From Armatimonadota bacterium (GTDB lineage: Bacteria > Armatimonadota > Zipacnadia > Zipacnadales > VGFC01), in the NCBI GenBank assembly GCA_016869045.1, contig VGFC01000003.1, forward strand, positions 2,170 to 66,169: 64,000 bases of DNA, written 5' to 3'. A program made the position numbers and the translations under genes. This document shows positions 37,401 through 44,955 of this stretch, in pieces (the stretch's first letter is position 1; every line of letters starts with the position of its first letter). Below the pieces are notes generated by a model. That model was not told where the DNA came from. It searched no databases and saw only the letters and a program-made list of their open reading frames with translations.

Positions 37401-37528
37401 TTGCGGAACCCGTTCGGCCCACCGTAAGCCGCGCTGCCTAGAACGAGAGCGAGAACCGCCACCCCAAGAGCTGCTCGCCCTCGGAGACAGTCGTGCCGAG
37501 CCTTCTCCGCAACTCCACTACTCCGCAT
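34475..37528 (-). CDS. Large secreted protein (~1017 aa) of unknown function with the same ~330-aa C-terminal module (ending in FlgD-Ig/T9SS-CTD-like domain) as the two S8 proteases
   Basis: Likely start ATG 37528 (MRSSGVAEKARHDCLRGRAALGVAVLALVLGSAAYG signal) preceded by GGAG. The ORF's 190-aa N-terminal extension overlaps the upstream gene and is probably not translated. C-terminal blocks GWNMIGC..., WPDLSQVP...RPVL.D...GRTVYMRT..GY, ...VSVRILNIAGRPVRDL...WNLRGATGAPVPNGAYLIEL. Confidence 0.6.
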   Translation of the reverse strand: MRSSGVAEKARHDCLRGRAALGVAVLALVLGSAAYGGPNGFRNVWNAPFASISDGPQGAIVVDGPASTVLDTAARKQAVRDAIAQQHSPRALSQAAAAVRFLRTRGIEPRAELRVPRMIVHTRAGRPILPDLYRARTSGVTIGDPANNITFQYEGWSTSDEQALQAYLDDAMPIARAIYGPPAFDTTVKIIQDDTLQTLQGGTYDVTTNELRLPKLSGNFPEDSFVLIMLVLNAFRDDVALFYDSWEQGMIGAAATAVQISPGASPGYDPANPGPFYSGSVYEPMNQPPLGNSTWYPPGFSGMLVWRIAEARVAWFKCYTEDPQFFLRFNTRYYAKLNSLSAGEQTALAGDTPSLLEVCQTVLPNVEGSPFVSWYRQQYALDTSVTVGPKMYCWNIPLTDAVALIVEHYETTPTGDEIPKGGTAYTTYFNYDFTLTLFAQEGNEITIPATGDSAGEGFLLPTFFNVGGPQRITVQIEINGLWARYPFPYGVRGFDPGENNLYGCIIGPIEGTINVVGLDGLTDVEVKRGVWGGIVSDTGLSPTQLEITFDDGKGNQVTRKVNVAFDSYDVLFPAGARSALAKNLPVGTNGLYMISVPLWCIEQDPARALGIPNDKLLLARWKPNAPGGGTYDIYPTIDPLAPGLGYWLRVLSDVTIAVDGILPPDSDDVPVKMNAGWNMIGCARNRNVDLGELLVQRGAADSEPFADAITDGWVQGGLWAYSQQSGYELTQKLKPFEGYWLRCLLPEGATLLFPTSTAAASTKERTASADSSPFGKTLWQTALTLDVGSSRSTATMGAARSAGDGFDARCDLQAPPPFGDQPTLHFANDDWGPNAGEYASDFRGPRARGPWKLRVANLPRGVRARLRWPDLSQVPQEFRPVLLDRARGRTVYMRTSGGYEFTGTGTPCGLEIVLRRDKGANLAVTGLIGAQSGQSMAITYALSADAAVSVRILNIAGRPVRDLVLDKPQTTGCSTLVWNLRGATGAPVPNGAYLIELTARSEDGQVAHGIGRTWVNR

Positions 37529-37548
37529 CTCCGCATCTCCTGCCGTCT
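37491..37548 (-). repeat. Tandem GGAGATGC GGAGATGC GGAG direct repeat at the 5' end of the 34475..37528 gene
   Basis: Minus-strand sequence ...GCAGGAGATGCGGAGATGCGGAGTAGT...; provides two in-frame ATGs each preceded by GGAG. Confidence 0.4.
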
Positions 37549-40500
37549 CACACATCGCGCATGTCATCGATGGGGAACTCCGTGCCGCTCTGGGCCCAGG
37601 GGTCGGCGACGAGCGGCTGTGGCGCGGGCGGACGTGGACCCGTGTCGCCATAGGGCCCCGACATGCCCGTGCGCCAGCCACCACCGAAGCCGCCCGGGTA
37701 GCTGCCGTAGTCGCCATCGTAGCCCCCGTACCCCTCCAGGCCGCCTCCGTAGCTCTCTCCGTAGGGGCCGCTGTAGGGACTGAAGGCCGAACCGGTGCCG
37801 CCGAAGCTCGGCATCCCTTCGTCGAAGCCACCGAAGTCGCCGGAGAGCCCTCCGCGCGAGTAGTAGCTGCCGCCTCCTGGGAAGTAGCTGCCGCCGCCTC
37901 CTGGCAAGTAGCTGCCGCTGCCAGGGAAGCTGCCGCCCCCGCCTCGGTAGTAGCGGCCGCCGCCGAAGCCTCCCCCCAGCGAGCCGAAGCCCGGCTGACC
38001 GATGTAGCCGTAGCTGCCATAGGAGCTGGAGGCCCCCGTCCCCATGAGCGGGCTGTAGTTCCCGGGCCCGAAGAAGTCGCCGGAGGAGGCGCCACTCCGC
38101 GGCAAGCTCAGCCCACCCAGGAAGCCGCTGCCGTAGCCGCCCCTGCCGTAGCCCATGAGGCCGCCGTAGCCGGGCGTGATCGGGCGGTTCAGGCCCTCGC
38201 CTTGGTCCCGCTCGCCCCGGAGGGTGGACTGGAAGTTCGTGCTCAGCGAGAAGACCAGCAGGTTCGTCGTGTAGTCCTCGCCCTGATAGGTGTAGCCCGG
38301 CGTCGTGCCGCCCCCGGACTGTGACAAGCGCGAGTTGTTGTTGATGAACTGCCAGCCCAAGTTCAGGCCCACCGAGTTGCTCAACTGATACTGGAGCCCG
38401 ATGTCGGCGGTGGCCTTCATGAAGTCGGCGAAACCGCCCTTGAAGTCGCTGACCCCGAACCGGGCCGCCAGGCGCGCACGTTCGGCGAGGCGGTACTCGA
38501 CATTCGCCATGACGTCAAACAGGCTCGTGTCAACGAGGTCCGCGACCTCGTTCTGCCCGAAGCCCGAGTAGTTCGGGCTCACCCCCCACTGCCGGTTGAC
38601 CGAGAGGCCGTAGGTGAAGGGGCTGTTCTGCGGGCGGTAGGTGCCGCTGAAGGTCAGGCTGTTGTTCACCACGCCGCCCCGGCCGGCATCGAGGAACTGC
38701 AGCAGGTCGGAGCCCAGAGAGACGTTGAAGGCCATGTCCTGGTTCGGGAGCCAGCTCAGGGAGACGTTGCCGTAACGCTGGTTGCTGTCGGCCAGATAGC
38801 CGACCGACCCCGCGCTGTCGTAGCTCCGCAGGCCGAAGTTGGCGTCCACGCTCAGTGAGCTGCTCGGCTGAAACGAGATGCCCAGCCGCGCCGACGAGTC
38901 GCGGTACTGGTTGAGTTCGGGTTCCTCGTCGTCGGGTGTCCCGCCGCCACCCCCGATCGGCGCGCGGACCACGTCCCCCGTCAGCCCAAACGGATAGCCG
39001 CCCGGGTTCCCGCCCCAGCCGCCGCCCATCCCCGGCGTATAGCCGCCGAAGCCGATGCCACCGCCGTAGAAGCCGCTCGTGACCGCCCCGAGCGATTCGG
39101 TCTGCGTCCAGTCCAGGTTCACGCTCAGCTTCTGCATCGGTTGCCAGCGCGCGCTGACCTGGAAGTTGCTGGAGTCGCCGCGCTGGTCCTTGTACTGGCT
39201 GCGCGAGGTGTTGCTGTTCCAGTTCGTCGCGAAGGCCAGCTTGTCGGTGGGCATCCAGGACGCGGCGAGGCTGAGCGACTGCGTGTCGCTGGACTGGGCC
39301 GAACCGAAGGGGTCGCTGTCGTCGCCGGTGGTCGTGCCGGCGTAATTCTGCCGCGTGCTGATCCATCCGGCATGGAAGGTCATCGGCGTCTTCGGCGTCT
39401 TCGGCGAGTAGTCGAGGCTCGCGTTCAGCGTCTCCAGCAGGCTGTCGCCGCGGCTGCCCCCCGAGTTTGTCATGCTCTGCCGGGACAGGCGCAGCGAAGG
39501 CCAGCCCGGATAGCTGACCGATAGGTTCGAGTCGTGGCGCACCGCCCGGATGTCCAGTGTCTTGGGCGTCTCGTCCTCCGTCTGCGACCGGCCGTCCCCG
39601 TAGTTGTAGTCGCCCCCGTAGTAGCCACCGTAGCCGCTGTAGCCGTGGGTGTATCCCGAGTTGGTCTTGACATCTGAGAAGGTGTGCGCGAACTGGATGT
39701 GCTGGTTCGGGCGGAAGCCCACGGCGGCGTTGAGGCCCTTCTCACTCCGGAAGAAGCCCACCGTATCGACGTATCGGAAACCCGGATCGATGTTGCGGTA
39801 CTGGAGGTTCACGTCGAGTTTCGACCCGCGGCTGAAGCGCAACCCGCCGCTCAGCGCGTTGCCTGCCGCGGCGCCGCCGACCGGATCGCTGCGGGCGAAC
39901 GCCGCGTCCCAGCTCAGGCTGTTACTCAACTGGTGCCGCAGCGCCAGCCCGGTAACGGCGCTGTCGCCGGAGAAGCTGTCGCCCGGGCCAATCTGGTAGT
40001 AGTACTTGATCCGCACGACCGACGTCGGCGGGACGATCCGGCGGAAGATGATCCGACCGATCTGGCGGAGCGAGTCGAAGTCCACCCCCTCGCGCTGCTC
40101 CACGTTGTCCACCAGCACGATCAGCGCCTCCTCGTGGAGGACCTTCTCCTTGCCGTTGATGATGGCCTTAGCCCCGTAGGCCAGGATGGGGCTGAAGCGG
40201 ACGTCGAACGGCCCTGTCGAACCGGAGCCGTAGAAGATGTCGTCCTGGAAGCGCGCGGTATCGGCGGCGCCGCCGGCGCCCGAGGTGTGCTCCAGGCGCG
40301 TCAACACCAGCTGCAGGCGGTCGCCCAGCAGCGCGCTCTCCATCTGCAGGCCCTGCGTGGTGCCGCCCGATTCGTAGTTGGTGGCCGACTGGTAGCTGAC
40401 CGTGATCGTGTGGGTACTGGGGATGATCCGGGGGGACTTGCCGGGCACCTCGAAGAGGAGTTGGCCGGTGTCGTAATCCAGGACGTAGTCCACCCCGAAG

Positions 40501-41111
40501 TAGACCACGTCCTCATTGATCTTCACGCGCTCGGTTCCCTCGACGATCGGCGTGAAGGTCAGGAAATACGGCCCGGACGTGTTGTTGCCCAGGAAGGTCT
40601 GTCGCCTGACGAGACCTTTCTCCTTCGACTGGAACGCGCGGAACAGGAAGTTCGGCCCGACGAGTTGGTCGAGCTGCCAGCCCTTCAGGCTCTTGGTATA
40701 GGAGGCGAACTCATTCCCCGCCAGCCGGACGTTCAGGTCGCCCCACAGCAGCGCGGAGTGCTTGCTCTGCCACCCAAGCATGAGGCGGTTGTCGTTGTAC
40801 CCGTAGCCGCTATTGGCGATGTGAGCCTGAACGCCGAAGTTCTTCCAGATCGGGCCGAAGACGTCGAAGCTCGTCGTCGCCTGCATCATCCCCGTGTTCC
40901 AGAACTGCGACTCGTAGGCCTCCCGCGAGCCCTGCGTGAAGTCGCCGCGCACGGAGAAGTCGCCCCGCCCGGTGACCTGCAGGCCCTTGAACAGCCCGAG
41001 ACCATCCAGCGCATCGCCGATGGAATCGAAGGCATCCGCGCCGGCCCGACTCGTAGGACACAGCAGCAGACAGGGGATTGCGAGAGCGAAGGCGGCGCCC
41101 CAACCGCGCAC
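37548..41111 (-). CDS. Giant (1187-aa) predicted outer-membrane beta-barrel protein with N-terminal tandem beta-domain repeats and Gly/Tyr/Ser-rich low-complexity C-terminal region
   Basis: Signal peptide MRGWGAAFALAIPCLLLCPTSRAGA; at least two internal copies of the G..(S/T)GP(F/Y).(L/V).F(S/T)PI(L/V)... domain; long run of amphipathic beta-strands (LSVNLDWTQ, LGISFQPS, VSLSWLPNQ, ANVEYRLAE, IGLQYQLSN, VGLNLGWQF, LLVFSLSTNF); C-terminal GGYGSGFLGG...GGSYFPGGGSYYSRGG... tail. Confidence 0.55.
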   Translation of the reverse strand: MRGWGAAFALAIPCLLLCPTSRAGADAFDSIGDALDGLGLFKGLQVTGRGDFSVRGDFTQGSREAYESQFWNTGMMQATTSFDVFGPIWKNFGVQAHIANSGYGYNDNRLMLGWQSKHSALLWGDLNVRLAGNEFASYTKSLKGWQLDQLVGPNFLFRAFQSKEKGLVRRQTFLGNNTSGPYFLTFTPIVEGTERVKINEDVVYFGVDYVLDYDTGQLLFEVPGKSPRIIPSTHTITVSYQSATNYESGGTTQGLQMESALLGDRLQLVLTRLEHTSGAGGAADTARFQDDIFYGSGSTGPFDVRFSPILAYGAKAIINGKEKVLHEEALIVLVDNVEQREGVDFDSLRQIGRIIFRRIVPPTSVVRIKYYYQIGPGDSFSGDSAVTGLALRHQLSNSLSWDAAFARSDPVGGAAAGNALSGGLRFSRGSKLDVNLQYRNIDPGFRYVDTVGFFRSEKGLNAAVGFRPNQHIQFAHTFSDVKTNSGYTHGYSGYGGYYGGDYNYGDGRSQTEDETPKTLDIRAVRHDSNLSVSYPGWPSLRLSRQSMTNSGGSRGDSLLETLNASLDYSPKTPKTPMTFHAGWISTRQNYAGTTTGDDSDPFGSAQSSDTQSLSLAASWMPTDKLAFATNWNSNTSRSQYKDQRGDSSNFQVSARWQPMQKLSVNLDWTQTESLGAVTSGFYGGGIGFGGYTPGMGGGWGGNPGGYPFGLTGDVVRAPIGGGGGTPDDEEPELNQYRDSSARLGISFQPSSSLSVDANFGLRSYDSAGSVGYLADSNQRYGNVSLSWLPNQDMAFNVSLGSDLLQFLDAGRGGVVNNSLTFSGTYRPQNSPFTYGLSVNRQWGVSPNYSGFGQNEVADLVDTSLFDVMANVEYRLAERARLAARFGVSDFKGGFADFMKATADIGLQYQLSNSVGLNLGWQFINNNSRLSQSGGGTTPGYTYQGEDYTTNLLVFSLSTNFQSTLRGERDQGEGLNRPITPGYGGLMGYGRGGYGSGFLGGLSLPRSGASSGDFFGPGNYSPLMGTGASSSYGSYGYIGQPGFGSLGGGFGGGRYYRGGGGSFPGSGSYLPGGGGSYFPGGGSYYSRGGLSGDFGGFDEGMPSFGGTGSAFSPYSGPYGESYGGGLEGYGGYDGDYGSYPGGFGGGWRTGMSGPYGDTGPRPPAPQPLVADPWAQSGTEFPIDDMRDV

Positions 41112-41205
41112 GATGCGACCTCCGGAAGACGACGCTCGACCGCCCAGGATTCGCCGGGCGACTGCGAAGGTTGGACGCGCCGAGCGCCGGGATTGTTCCC
41201 GCGAA

Positions 41206-42279
41206 TCAGGGCGTCAGGTGGGCCTCGACAACATCGAGGTTCCGCTCCGCCTGAGCGCGGAGTTCGTCGGCGAAGGCGGCCCGGGCCGCGGCGGTCGCGT
41301 CGCGCTCGGACCAGGCTCGGTCGATGAGGTGGAGGACCTCCTCGAGGTCCGCCTCCAGGGGGGCCCACAGGGCGTGGGCGCCGCTGGCGAACGCCGCGAC
41401 CTTGGGGTCGTACGACAGCGCCACGAACGGCACCGCCTGCGCCGCGGCGAAGATGCACGCGTGAAGGCGCATCGCGATCACGAAGTCGAGGCTGCGCACC
41501 AGCCCCACCCACTGCGCCGGCGATAGCTCACGGTCCACCCCGACCGCGCGGACACCCAGCATCTCGGCCGCTTGCGAGGCGAGGTGGGTGTCCTCTTTGG
41601 CATGCAGCGCCAGTGGGACGATCTGCGCGCCGTGGCGCTCCGTGAACTGCTTGGCCGCCTCCAGCGCGTGGGTCAGCGCCGCCTCGGCGCCCTGCGCCTC
41701 ACGCAGCGCGAGGCCCACGCGTGGACCGCCCTCTCGCGAGGGCAGCCAGTGCGCCACATCCTCCGGCGGCGCCGGGTCCACCAGCGCGGCGAGGTCAGCC
41801 GTGATGGCGATGCTCTCGGCCGGCACGCCCATCTGGACGAGCAGCCCCGCGGAGTTGCCATCCCGGACGGTGATCCCCGCCGCCCGGCGGAACAGGCGAG
41901 CGGTCAGGGCGCGCGTCAGCCGGTGTCTCAGTGGACCGATGCCTTGGCCCAGCACGACGAAGGGCGTCCGTCGCAGCCTCGCCAGGGCCAGGATGCCCAG
42001 ATAGTACAGCGCCGACCGGACGCTGGTCGAGTCTTGGATCAGCCCTCCGCCCCCCTGCAGGACGAGGTCCGCCGCGCCGATCTGCCGCCAGAGGGTCGGG
42101 TAGTGCCGCCGCGGCGCCGCGTGCACGCCGTGGGCCGCGTGGGTCGCGGGCGGGTCGGCGGACAGGACGACCAGCTCCGCGTCGGGCCGACGGCGTCGCA
42201 GCCCGCCGAACATGCCCGCGAGGATCGCCTCATCACCCGCGTTGCCCAGTCCGTAGTAGCCGCAAATCAGGATGCGCAT
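41206..42279 (-). CDS. csaB: Polysaccharide pyruvyl transferase CsaB family
   Basis: Start at ATG 42279 (MRILICGYYGLGNAGDEAIL...); PF04230-like blocks (GGGGLIQD, LGQGIGP, MRLHA). Confidence 0.75.
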   Translation of the reverse strand: MRILICGYYGLGNAGDEAILAGMFGGLRRRRPDAELVVLSADPPATHAAHGVHAAPRRHYPTLWRQIGAADLVLQGGGGLIQDSTSVRSALYYLGILALARLRRTPFVVLGQGIGPLRHRLTRALTARLFRRAAGITVRDGNSAGLLVQMGVPAESIAITADLAALVDPAPPEDVAHWLPSREGGPRVGLALREAQGAEAALTHALEAAKQFTERHGAQIVPLALHAKEDTHLASQAAEMLGVRAVGVDRELSPAQWVGLVRSLDFVIAMRLHACIFAAAQAVPFVALSYDPKVAAFASGAHALWAPLEADLEEVLHLIDRAWSERDATAAARAAFADELRAQAERNLDVVEAHLTP

Positions 42280-42284
42280 GGGGT

Positions 42285-44279
42285 TCACGCGGCGTCGTCC
42301 GTATCCGGTACGAAGCGCCGCCGGAAGGCCTGCCAAACGCGCTCGCCGAGCTCCACCACGGCGTACAGCAGCCCGCCCAGGACCGCGCCAACCCACAGCC
42401 CGTGCAGCGTGCGCGCGACCGAGATCAGGACCGGTGTGTGGAGATGGCTGAACGTGTTGACCATCGACACCTGGCCGACCGTGCCGAGCGCCAGCAGCGC
42501 CCACAGGCCGCCCCGCTTCCCGGCCATCGCCCGCGCGACCGCGAGCACGAGGAGTGGGTGGCCGATCAGCAGCTCCTTCGTACGCGGTCGCACGCCAAAC
42601 ACGCGATCCAGCACCGCGCGGAACTGCAGCTCGAGGCCGGAGACACCAACCCCGCTCTCGTTCCCGCTACGCAGCAAGAGCAGCCCCAGACCCGCCACGC
42701 CGACCAACAGCAGCGCCGTGTGCCAGTACTTCACGACGGCCTGGCCGGCCACTCGCCAGCCGCGCAGGAGCGTCGTCAGCGGCGCCTCGCCCTCCGCGGC
42801 TCCGTGTCCGCCCAGACCCCAGCCGATCTGCAGCAGGAGCACGGCCAGCATGGGAACGAGATGCGAGATCTTCACACCGGAGAACTGGTCGAGCTTCACC
42901 AGGAATCGCGTGTCTGCGAGGCAGCCGATGATGAACAGGCCGGCCAGGAGACTGATGCCGGACGATGCGGCGAACAGCAGGAGAGCGCGGAAACTAGGGA
43001 CAGGCCCCAATTTCGGACATGGCGTCCGTCCGAAATTGGGGCCTGTCCCTAGTTTCCGCCCGACAGCAAGCGTCGGCAGCGCCAACGCGCCAAGAAGGGC
43101 GCAGAGCTTCGCCATCGGGGTGAGGGCCGCGAAGGCGCCAGCCAGCGCCAGCACCGCTGCAACTGCGATGATCGCGATCACCCAGAGCGGACGGCACCCG
43201 AGCAGTTCGAGGAGGCACAGACCCAGCGCGCCGATCACCCCGAGCATCGCCAGCCAGCGGAGGATCGCCGACACTTCGAGGCGCCCATACGGCTCCGGCG
43301 CACCCAGCTCGAAGCCGTGGGACTTCAGGCGGGTCGCGAGCTTGCTCACATACCCCTCGGCTGCGGCGACCGGGTCGGGCCCGCAGGGCTCGAACAGCCG
43401 AACGTAGCACGCGCGGATGTTGCGCTCGCGCACCGCCAGCGTGAAGCGATCCGCCGCGCGCTGCACACTGGTGCCGAGCATCTCCGTCTCGTTGATGCTG
43501 TGCACGCGGATGAGGCTGTGCGGCAGACGCGAAGCCAGCGCCATGTCGCCATACTGCTTGCCGAACTCGACGTAGCCGAACAGTAGCCCCTGCCGCGCGA
43601 ACGCGTCGGCCACGCGGGCGATGTCCGTGGGATAGCCCGGGGCCGCGGTGCCGGCGAAGATCACCAGCCGCGCGTTGCGCTCCTTCGCGAGGGTCAGCGC
43701 GGCATCGGCTGCCTTCTGCCACTGGTTGCTTTCGGCAAAGGGCCGCGGGACGAAGGCCAGGCCGGCCTGGTTGATCTCCTGCACGGCGGACAGGGGATAG
43801 CCGATCCCGATGTCGAGGATGTCGGCGGGGTCACCGGATCGCAGGTCGAGCCGGTACGTGCGCGCCGCTACCGGAGCGAAGGTTGCCGCTCGCTGCCCGA
43901 GGCGCTCGACGAGGCTGCGATGCAGCCGCTGAATCGTCTCCGAGGGCCCGACGAACGAGGCGGTCGGTGGCGGATAGGGCGCCCCCTCATCGCGCGCGCG
44001 CGGCGCCGAGGCCACCTCACCGGCCTGCATGGCGGTGCGGAGGGTCTGCTCCGTGATGGCGACGTGGGTGGCGCCGGCCTTCTGCAGGCGCGTCAGCACC
44101 TCGCGCGTCGTGAGGCCGCCGACCGTGGACAGCTGACGGAGCTGGTCGTAGTCCAGGATCAGCGCGACGGTCCGGTTCGCGCTCTCCACGCGGACGCGGG
44201 CAGCCGCCGCCACGAGGGCGGCGCCTGCGCCGATGGCCAGTAGGATCAGGCAAGCGTAGCGGGCGTGGTTTGTGGTCAT
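42285..44279 (-). CDS. Multi-TM membrane protein (N-terminal periplasmic domain + ~10 TM), DUF5693-like partner commonly paired with csaB
   Basis: 664 aa; N-terminal TM then ~330-aa soluble domain, then many TM helices; immediately upstream of and co-directional with csaB; contains an in-frame 69-bp palindromic element. Confidence 0.5.
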   Translation of the reverse strand: MTTNHARYACLILLAIGAGAALVAAAARVRVESANRTVALILDYDQLRQLSTVGGLTTREVLTRLQKAGATHVAITEQTLRTAMQAGEVASAPRARDEGAPYPPPTASFVGPSETIQRLHRSLVERLGQRAATFAPVAARTYRLDLRSGDPADILDIGIGYPLSAVQEINQAGLAFVPRPFAESNQWQKAADAALTLAKERNARLVIFAGTAAPGYPTDIARVADAFARQGLLFGYVEFGKQYGDMALASRLPHSLIRVHSINETEMLGTSVQRAADRFTLAVRERNIRACYVRLFEPCGPDPVAAAEGYVSKLATRLKSHGFELGAPEPYGRLEVSAILRWLAMLGVIGALGLCLLELLGCRPLWVIAIIAVAAVLALAGAFAALTPMAKLCALLGALALPTLAVGRKLGTGPNFGRTPCPKLGPVPSFRALLLFAASSGISLLAGLFIIGCLADTRFLVKLDQFSGVKISHLVPMLAVLLLQIGWGLGGHGAAEGEAPLTTLLRGWRVAGQAVVKYWHTALLLVGVAGLGLLLLRSGNESGVGVSGLELQFRAVLDRVFGVRPRTKELLIGHPLLVLAVARAMAGKRGGLWALLALGTVGQVSMVNTFSHLHTPVLISVARTLHGLWVGAVLGGLLYAVVELGERVWQAFRRRFVPDTDDAA
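42989..43057. repeat. Perfect 30-bp inverted repeat with 9-bp spacer (69-bp palindromic element) inserted in-frame in the 42285..44279 CDS; MITE/RPE-like
   Basis: Left arm ggaaactagggacaggccccaatttcggac (42989..43018), spacer atggcgtcc, right arm is its exact reverse complement (43028..43057). 69 bp = 23 codons (RKLGTGPNFGRTPCPKLGPVPSF); ~57% GC versus ~68% background. Confidence 0.7.
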
Positions 44280-44288
44280 AGGGCGGGT

Positions 44289-44954
44289 CTAGGGTTTGAC
44301 GGTCTCGATTCGGTTCAGAGCGCTGTAGTCCAGCGTCGCGTGTGCCTCGAGGAAGGCGGTGATCGCGTCCGCGAGAGTGCCCGTGGCGCCGTCCTGGATC
44401 GTGGTCTCGGTGAAGCAGGGGATCGTGAAGTAGCCCGACCCGCCCTTCGCCAGGTCCTCCGGCATCGCCACGCGGTAAGTGGCGGTGTCCTGCACGGGCT
44501 GTCCGCCGAGCTTCAGGCTCGTGATTCGCGTGCCCGCCGCCGCCTTCGGGTCGTAGGTTACCCGCAGACCCGCGACCTGCAGGAAGTGCGCGCTCTGTTG
44601 CGGGGCGCGCGACAGCGACCGCTCCAGCGCCGCCCCCAAACAGGCGCCGGTGATGTTCGACACCACCCATGGCCGCTGCGGCTTGATGAGCAGCGCCGAG
44701 ATGTCACCGGCGGTGACCTTCCCCGGCGGGATGGGGACCGTGCCGGGCTTGAACTGCGTGGCGTTGACCAGCGCCGCCTGGGCCGACCCCGCCTCCTTAA
44801 TCGCGTCCGCCACGAGGTCACCCAGCGCTGTCTCCTGTTGGAGGACTCCCTCGGTGGTCAGGGCCGTCTCCGTGCGGGCGGCCAACGCGCCGCCCGCTCC
44901 AACGGAGAGGGCTGTCGCCAGACACAGACTTGCTGCTGCGATGCTCTGACGCAT
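44289..44954 (-). CDS. Secreted protein with standalone 5'-nucleotidase C-terminal (substrate-binding) domain
   Basis: Start at ATG 44954 (MRQSIAAASLCLATALSVGAGGALA signal); ETALGDLVADAIKEAG...ALVNATQFKPGTVPIPPGKVTAGDISALL matches 5_nucleotid_C pattern; no metallophosphatase N-domain. Confidence 0.55.
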   Translation of the reverse strand: MRQSIAAASLCLATALSVGAGGALAARTETALTTEGVLQQETALGDLVADAIKEAGSAQAALVNATQFKPGTVPIPPGKVTAGDISALLIKPQRPWVVSNITGACLGAALERSLSRAPQQSAHFLQVAGLRVTYDPKAAAGTRITSLKLGGQPVQDTATYRVAMPEDLAKGGSGYFTIPCFTETTIQDGATGTLADAITAFLEAHATLDYSALNRIETVKP

Positions 44955-44955
44955 G

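Noticed and set aside
34475-38095. Full 1206-aa ORF as annotated by the ORF track
   Set aside because: The first 190 codons overlap the preceding gene out of frame, lack a signal peptide and are low-complexity. The internal start at 37528 gives a canonical signal peptide and an SD.
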